From the NCBI RefSeq assembly GCF_009914755.1, contig NC_060928.1: 64,000 bases of DNA; one strand, 5' to 3'. The notes under the pieces were generated by a model, which saw only the letters and a list, made by a program, of their open reading frames with translations, did not search any database and was not told where the DNA came from. Position numbers and translations under genes: made by a program. Shown here one piece after another: positions 56,560 to 64,000 of the stretch; position 1 is the stretch's first letter, and every line of letters begins with the position of its first letter. The stretch is from the human T2T-CHM13v2.0 reference genome, Homo sapiens.

Positions 56560-59310
56560 ATATATCAGACAATGTAGCCCTTAGGCAAGAAGCATTACAA
56601 GAAATAGAGAACGACAGTAAAAGGGCAATTCAACAGAAAGACACAACAATCATAAATCCCTCTGCACCTAACACCATAGCTTCAAAATATATAAAGCAGC
56701 AAAATTTGGCAATACTAAAAGAAATGAATAAATCCACATTCACAGTTAGAGGTATTAATACAACTCTCAATAGCTGACACAAAGAAACGAAAAAAAATCA
56801 ATGAGGATATAGAAGAATTGAAAAAATGCATTCTACCTAACCTTAGCAATATATAGAATACTACACCTGACAACTGTACACATTATTTTCAAATGTATAT
56901 GGAACATTCACCATAACGTACCATATTCTGAGCCATTTGGCAAACCACGACAGATCTCAAAGAACTAAATAATACTGTTTATATTTTTATTACTGGGTAA
57001 TGAAGTTATGACTAATGAGAAAAGGTAACCAAAAAATTTCTGAATGTGTGAAAATTAAGTAGCACAACACTAAATAAATAAAGTCAATCTCACTTATTCT
57101 TCCTGAGAACAGGAAAAAAATCCTTCCCAATTCATTCCATGAGGCCAGAATAAAACTTAACACCTTGACAATAGTATTATAGGGAGGAAAAGAAAAAAAA
57201 AAAACACCTAGGCCAAGATCACTCAAATATAGATGTAAAAATCCTAAACAAAATATTGGCAATCCAAATCAAGAGATATATAAAAAAAAAGATAATACAT
57301 CACGATCAAGTGGGGTTTATTTTGGCAGTGCAGCCTTAGTTTAACATTCAAAAATCACATGAACAAAATAGAGAAGAAACAATAATAAATTCAGGGAAAA
57401 GCATTTCATAAAATTCAATATCCATTCATGGTAAAAATTCTCAGCAAAGTTAGAATTGTAGGATGCTTCTTTAGTCTGATAATGGATATCTATAAAATTA
57501 CAGAGCTAACATACTAAATGGTGAAATAGTAAACACTTTCTCCCTAAGGTTAGGAATAGATATATATCTACTATGACTGCTTTTTTAAAAGAAACACTGA
57601 CTACTGGTGTTAGCCAATGCGCTAAGGTAAGAAAAATAAATGAAAGATGTTAAAGTTGAAAAAGAAAATTATTATATACAATCTCCCCCCAAAAAATCTG
57701 TATACAATTAGACACAGTAAACAAATTTAGAAAGGCTGTGGGACACAAGGTATATAAAAATCAACTGTACATACTAGCAAAAAACTACTGAAAAATTAAA
57801 GATCAAAAACATCATTTACTCAGAAATAAAAATATTTGCAAGAGCTCAACACTGAAAACTACAAAATACGAGAGAGACAAACTAAAGCTAATCTAAATAA
57901 ATAGAGGGCTATCCCATGTTCTTAACTTTGGAAAGCTAAATGTTGTTAAGATGTCAATTCTCCCCATAAATGATCTCTATCAAAATTCCAGCAGGTTTGT
58001 AGGTTAAAACTGAAAAGTTGATTCTAGAGGGTTATCCGAAAATATAATAGCCAAGGCACTCCTGAAGAAGCATGAGAATGAAGGTCTTCTATTACCAGAT
58101 ATGAAGACATAATTTAATTTAGCTTTAATTCTACAGTAATTAAAGCAGTATAGCATTGGCAAATATACAAAAGTAGACTAATGGAATACATTGAAGAGTT
58201 GAGATACAGAGGCACAAATATAGGGCCACTTGATTTACAATAAAGGCAGCACAGCAATATTGTGGGGCAAGGATGGTCATTTCAATAAATGGTCAACTAG
58301 ATATTAATGTAGAAAATTGTGAACTTGACCTCCACTCCATACACAAATATTAATTCAAAATGCATCAGTAACATAATGTGAAAGCTAAAACAATCAAGCT
58401 TCTACAAGAATACATCCAAGAATCTTCATGTCTTCAGCACAAATATTTCTGAAACAAAACATTAATAGTATTAGCCAGCAAAAGAAATATTGACAAAGTA
58501 GATCTGTTAAATTTCATAACTTGTTTCACCAAAAGATACCATTAAGAGAGTAAAAAGGCAAGCACATAATAGAAGATATTTAAAATACATATTTCTAACA
58601 ATGAGCTTATATCCAGAATATCAACCAAATCAATGACAAACATACATAACTTGATTTTTAGAAAAGTGAGCAACCTACACAAGCTCAAATGATTTTTGAC
58701 AAAGATGCAAAAGCAATTCAGTGGAAGAAGGATATCCTATGACCATGCAATTTCACTTCAAGATATCTACCCCAGAAAAGCTGGTGTGAGTGTGAACAAG
58801 GAGACATGTAAAGAACATTTATAGCAGCACTACTTGTAATAATGAAAGAAGCAATGACTATTCATTAGTCAGTAGGGAGATAAATAAATCCTATTTAATT
58901 CCTATCATCAAATACTACAAGGAGTTAAAATACACTAACTAGATCCATGTTTATCAATGTAAAACACAATGCTGCATTTAAAACAATTTACAAGTGCAGA
59001 CAAATGTTACATTTTATTACAAGTTATACACTGACACACCCCAAATAATTTCAATACACTAAAAGATTCAAACATACATACAATATATAATACAAAACAT
59101 GAACACCACCTTCAAGAGTGGTGATCTCTAGGTAAGAGTGGGATATCCAGGAGGGGGATAAGGGAATTTAGGTTATCTTTGTAATGCTTTATTTCTGAAA
59201 CAAACACACACATTGCAAAATGTTAACACCTGTTTAACTGGTAATGTGAATGTAGGTGTCAGTTATATAATTTCTTGTTTTCTTCTGTATGTTTTAAATG
59301 TTTCACAAAA
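56560..59310 (+). mobile_element. Old, highly diverged L1M (ORF2 remnants and 3' end) in COMMD8 intron 2
   Basis: EN-like QKDTTIINPSAPNTIASKYIKQ; gatcaagtggggtttatt; aacactgaaaactacaaaatac. Confidence 0.75.
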
Positions 59311-59492
59311 GAGTAAAAACAACCAAAAACAAAACTGCAAAAACCTAGGACTTCCACAGATTTTTCCATTCACAATTATAAGGTATTTGTTGTTACTGAT
59401 GATAGCCCTTGTATTATACATTGCTCTAAAAAACTCAGAGAGAAACCTGAGCATTATTTATTGTAAGTTATAGAAATGTGCAGAGAAGTTAC

Positions 59493-59648
59493 CTCTTCAT
59501 CAGGTAAGTTTTTACCAACTATGGCTTTGAAAAATTTGGCAATATCTTCTAAAACGTGCATCCATTCTTCTGATTCCCAAACAGTGTGATAATCTTGGTA
59601 CACAGGATAAGCTCGACCACAAATGCCATCAATTATTTTGTGAAGAAG
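59493..59648 (-). CDS. COMMD8: COMMD8 exon 2 ([52 protein letters not shown])
   Basis: ttcttgctag|CTT acceptor, GAG|gtaac donor; 156 nt, open frame, phase 0/0. Confidence 0.95.
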
Positions 59649-60029
59649 CTAGCAAGAAAAAAGGAAATAAATGTACTTATAAGTAAAATGATGAAACAAA
59701 TTTATCTTCCTCTTAACAAACAAATGTTGGGAGATGTTCATGTTATCTGCAAGACCAGCTTAAGTTAAAATGTATAAACCACTTTTAAGATTATTCTAAT
59801 TAAAAATTAGAACTCATAAAAATCCTAGACTTTCTATTATTATGTTGACCTTCAGAAGCTAAAATAATTTTGTTATAAAAATTACATAATGAAAAAACTA
59901 AAAGGAAGATACATATAAAAGATTCCATATTTATAGCAACGACCAAACAAAAGGATAGGACTTATATCAAAGTCTCTTACTGTAGGCCTATAAGCTTCAT
60001 TTTGCTTTGCCTCCATTTTCACAACATAC

Positions 60030-60154
60030 TTTTTTTTCTTTTGAGGGTCTCACTATGTTGCCCAGGCTGGCCTTGAACTCCTGAACTCAAGCAATTTTCC
60101 CATCTCAGCCTCCCAAGTAGTTAGGACTGCAGACGAGCACCACCGCACCCAGCT
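60030..60154 (-). mobile_element. Alu monomer (FLAM-like) in COMMD8 intron 1
   Basis: ttttgagggtctcactatgttgcccaggctggccttgaactcctg...caccaccgcacccagc. Confidence 0.85.
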
Positions 60155-60981
60155 CAGCAGTTACTTTTGCTGTATTCCCAGAAAGTCTCCAGTACTTTTT
60201 TCCTTTTTTTACTTTCCTTTCTATCCTATTAGTATCTTAATATCAGCAACAGAAAGCCTAACACATGTATAACTGAGCATAGTGATTAAGACTACGGATT
60301 TTGGAATAAAACTATCCAGTTCCAATCCCAGTTTCAGTATTTTCAAGTTTTATTTAAATGTTCTGAGTCTGCTTCCTCAAGTGTTAAATGAGGATATCAT
60401 CTATTCTCTTAATCTTGCTGTAAGGATGGAATAAGAATACGTGCAAATCACTTGGCATCTTCCTGGCATGTACAAAGACATGTAGACATTGCTAGCCCTC
60501 GTTACCATTCTAATTATTATCACTAGTCCTCCTCCTCCAATTCATGCCTTCAGCATCTATTAACTGAGATAACACAATGCCAGTACTATTCTAAGCACTT
60601 AACATTTAATAAGGTTATCTTTCTTGAAGTTATTTGTATCTTACAAGAGGAGTATTTGAACCAAATAACTTGGAAATAATCATATTCCACCCCATTTTAA
60701 CTAATAACTCCTTCCCTCTAACACCACACATGCCAGAACACAAGCAACTGCTTCCAAATGGTGGCTAATATACTATACAAACTGAATTTTTATTTACCAT
60801 AAATCAACATACTCAATTTTGAATCCATTCAAAATTCTCTACACCTTATCCTATACTGTCCCCATGCTAAAAAAAAAACCCAGAACTCAAACTGAAAAAT
60901 AAAAGCATTATCTTTTTTGGAATATGTTTGTTATTCATTCACAAATATGTAATGAACACTTCATCCCAGTTATTAAATAAA

Positions 60982-61043
60982 GTCATGGAAATGACCTTAT
61001 TTAATGACAAAGGTCATGGAAATGACTTTATTTAATGGCAAAG
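60982..61043. repeat. 31-bp tandem duplication with an internal inverted repeat
   Basis: gtcatggaaatgaccttatttaatgacaaag / gtcatggaaatgactttatttaatggcaaag. Confidence 0.9.
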
Positions 61044-62689
61044 AAACTATAATAGCTACCGTTATGGATCCCTAACTAGGTACCACACTCTGGACTGATC
61101 CTCACTACAACTCTGAAGTAACCATTGTTATTATTTCTATTTTACAAATGAGGAAACTGAGAATAAATAAGGCCCTGCCATAACAGAGCTTTAGTCCATT
61201 CGAAAAAGGCAAACATACAAATACATGTAATTTAGAATGATGGGGCCATAATAAAAATATATACAAGGTACGAAGGAGCACAGAGAGGAAGCAAGGAAAA
61301 GTCCATCTTAAAAGGATGAGTAGTTGGCCAAGCAAAACAGGAGAGAAGAAGTGCATTTCTAGACACAAGCAAGTTATTTTGGGGGGTGCCTAGGGGGTGA
61401 CAGGAGACAAGGCTGGAGAGGTGGGTGGAGCCAAATCAAAAAGGGCCTTGTGTACAAAGTAAAAGAGCCTAGACTTCAATCTGTGCTCAACCGGGAAGCA
61501 ACCTATTCACACATTTGCATTATTTTTCCATATATTTGCTAACAGGTTGGAAGATGTAAGAGAGAGGGTGAGCCCAGGTGCCTCAATTTTCAGTTAAGGA
61601 GTTAAAGATTAAGGGGCTTAAATTGTTGAGGACACTCAAAATGGAGGCAGTAAAGAGGTAGAAGAGATGTGAAAAGGGGGGGCCATGGATGAAACCTAGA
61701 ACGTCAGGTTGAGAGGGGCTGGGTGAAAGTGGTGGTGCCACAAACCGAAAATGAGGCTACGGGAGGAGTAGGTCCAGGGGGAAAGAAGAGCTGAGGCAAG
61801 GGCATACTGAATTTGAGGTACCTGTGGCAGAAGCCTGACACTCAGGGAAGAGATTTTGGTTTGGGGTTTTTGGGGTTTTGTTTTGTTTTTTACCTGGCAT
61901 TCTTGAACCATAGAGGAAGAAATTTTTGGCTGGACCTAAAGATTTAGAAGTCATCGACATATATGGTAGTAAAGGTTATGGGCCTTATCTAAATGGGTAG
62001 AGTGAAGACAAGGAGAGCCAAAAGCCAATAAAACACTCAGAATCAACAGATCTGAGCATAAGTTCCAGCTCTGCCACTAACTGGATGGGCAATCCTGGGC
62101 AAGTTAGCCAAAATTTCTGCTGACATTTCAGGTTCCTCACTTGCAAAAACAAAGAAAAGAATTAGGTGTTTTTTTTTCTTGACCCTGGCAGGAGGTAAGT
62201 TCATTCCTTTCTGTCTCCTCCACACTTTCTCCAGTATAAATGGAATAGAGGAAACAGGAAGCCAAAATTGAGACTTATAAAAAAGATGCTCCACCAGGGC
62301 ACAGGCTGTGTCTCACTCACCATTTACCTCATCCTATCGGGGCGCTCAATCTATGGTAGACTTCAATGAAAAACTGGCTGAACAAATGAATGTGGTTGCT
62401 TTTTCCAGATTCTTACAAGCCAGGTTCTTTTACAGACTGGAAGTCAATGGGTACATCACCTCTTGGGACGATCCTAACTAAAGTAACTCGCCCAGTTATT
62501 TCTCTTCCTACCAACCACCCTCAAGGGGGGGAGGCAGGGTCCGCTTCGGTCTTTGTCACATTGTATTCCAGCACCTAGCTCTGTACCTGCTGTCCGGTAG
62601 GTAGGGAGCCTTTGGGAGGTTATGTGTTGAATGAATTAAGAAAACGTATACTAAGAGGCAGCAAACACCGACTTAAGCTTTCAAAGCCC

Positions 62690-63160
62690 AGTCTGGTGTG
62701 GGCGCTTCTGCGCGCAAAGCCCCTGGAGCTGCACCTCTAGGCTGGGGGTGGCGCCCCAAGCTGTCCTCCTAGGCTCCCCAGGGAAGGCGGGGACCAACCA
62801 CCCGAAATCACGCCCCTTCCTCCTCCCTTCCCTAGGGAGCTTGCGAAGGCGTCCGGGTCGCACCCGGCCTGATCCGCACGCCGGGCTGTCGCGAATCCCA
62901 GGCCCCGCGCCGCTTCCCCCGGTACCCGCCCTCACCTGCGGGCCCAGCTCGGCCGGCAGCTTCTGCAGCCGCCACAAGGGCGTCCCCTCTTCCGGCTCCA
63001 TCCCTGCGCGAAGCTGGGGCTTGGGTCACGTGTCAAGGCTGGCCGCTTGTCTAAAGCTACGACTCGCCCACGTGACTCTCGCCGGCGGGGAGGGGCGTGG
63101 ACCCAAGAAGTCCCTGTGCGCTTGCGCAGAGACCGAACTACCGCTTTCCCCGTAACCAGG
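62690..63160 (-). promoter_or_regulatory. COMMD8: CpG island / TATA-less promoter of COMMD8
   Basis: High GC and CpG density; E-boxes GTCACGTG (63025-63032) and CACGTGAC (63069-63076), GC box GGGGAGGGGCGTGG (63087-63100), NRF1-like TGCGCTTGCGCA (63117-63128). Confidence 0.88.
62936..63001 (-). CDS. COMMD8: COMM domain-containing protein 8, exon 1 coding part (MEPEEGTPLWRLQKLPAELGPQ)
   Basis: ATG at 63001-62999 in CpG island; CAG|GTGAG donor; 66 nt. Confidence 0.95.
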
Positions 63161-63493
63161 GAGACTGCAGTTTGCAGTGATGTGGCTAAGATACCCTTGT
63201 GCTATTAAAGGCACATTTACGTATCTTTCAACGCAGTTTGTACCTTTGTTTAGGGTTCTATTGAACTTTCTCTGTGCTCTTTAGAAAACCGTCGAATAAA
63301 GGTAACCATCTTTTTGGGTGCCTGGGCATGGTCATTGTCCCAGAGTTTTAACATAAGTCTCTACTAAAGTATCCTGATTTGCAAGGTAAATTAAGGTTTT
63401 GCCATGAGCAACGTTCTGTATATAGATCATCCTAGGGAGAAGGTACTATTTTCAGCCCTATTTGCAGAAAGCAAACATGATTAGAGAAGTCAC

Positions 63494-63678
63494 TAAGGTT
63501 GTCAGATTTAGCAAATGAAAATACCAAGCGTCCAGTTAAATGTGAAATTTCAGATAAACAATAATATTTTGTTGTAAGTATCCCCTAAATATTGTATGGG
63601 ATATATTTATACTGAAAATTATTTGTCCATCTGAAATTCAAATTTAACTGGTGTCCTGTATTTTATCTGGCAACGCTA
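63494..63678. mobile_element. MER53-like palindromic hAT MITE upstream of COMMD8
   Basis: taaggttgtcagat...atctggcaacgcta termini; internal arms ccagttaaatgtgaaatttcagat / atctgaaattcaaatttaactgg; 8-bp flanks gaagtcac / aaaatcac (6/8). Confidence 0.8.
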
Positions 63679-64000
63679 AAAATCACTGACCTAAGTAAGA
63701 GGCCCAGTCTGAAGTTAAACAAAATCAATCAGACTCAAGAGCCATGCTATTAATGTTGGACTAAGCTCAAAGTCCAAATATCCTTTCTGTTATTTCTTAT
63801 TACAGCTGTTACTTTAATCAGGTGCTGAAGAATTCAGTGGTGGTAAAATGAGCATGTCCTGCAAAAGCGGATAATAATAACTAGTAGACCAGAAACAGGA
63901 ATTACAATCTAATTTATAAATTTAATAATAAAAGTGGTGCAAAATGGTGAAGCAGAAGAGAAAGTATTCAATCTATGGGCTACGCAGAGAAAAACTACTC

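Noticed and set aside
59501-59509. Perfect plus-strand donor CAGGTAAGT inside COMMD8 exon 2
   Set aside because: Explained by the minus-strand codons (N-L-P-D); no matching plus-strand exon evident
62748-63155. 135-aa plus-strand ORF in the CpG island
   Set aside because: Stop-poor GC-rich sequence antisense to COMMD8 exon 1; non-ATG start, Pro/Arg/Gly low-information composition

Overview
Mammalian (human-type; Alu/L1/ERV1-rich) genomic DNA containing two convergent genes. On the + strand are the last four coding exons of GABRB1 (GABA-A receptor beta-1: 2668-2805, 2909-3061, 6030-6274, 25033-25377). On the - strand is the complete five-exon COMMD8 gene (CDS 63001 down to 50994, 183 aa) with a CpG-island promoter. 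The rest is intronic or intergenic: Alus, nested L1 fragments, three ERV1 solo LTRs, an MLT2 LTR, DNA-transposon MITEs and microsatellites. Almost all other ORFs in the supplied track are repeat-derived or chance ORFs. I see no new protein-coding system. The best lead is a probable ~12.4 kb extended GABRB1 3' UTR (25378 to ~37770), which an oligo-dT-priming genomic A-tract at 25788 could mask. Other leads are a 164-bp near-identical local copy of an ancient MLT2 segment, a template-switch-like inverted/direct repeat cluster at 39.7 kb, CLEAR-like E-boxes at the COMMD8 start, inverted Alus around COMMD8 exon 4, and several informative L1 integration scars. Gene identities, exon numbers and repeat subfamily names come from recall of known sequences; no database search was run.
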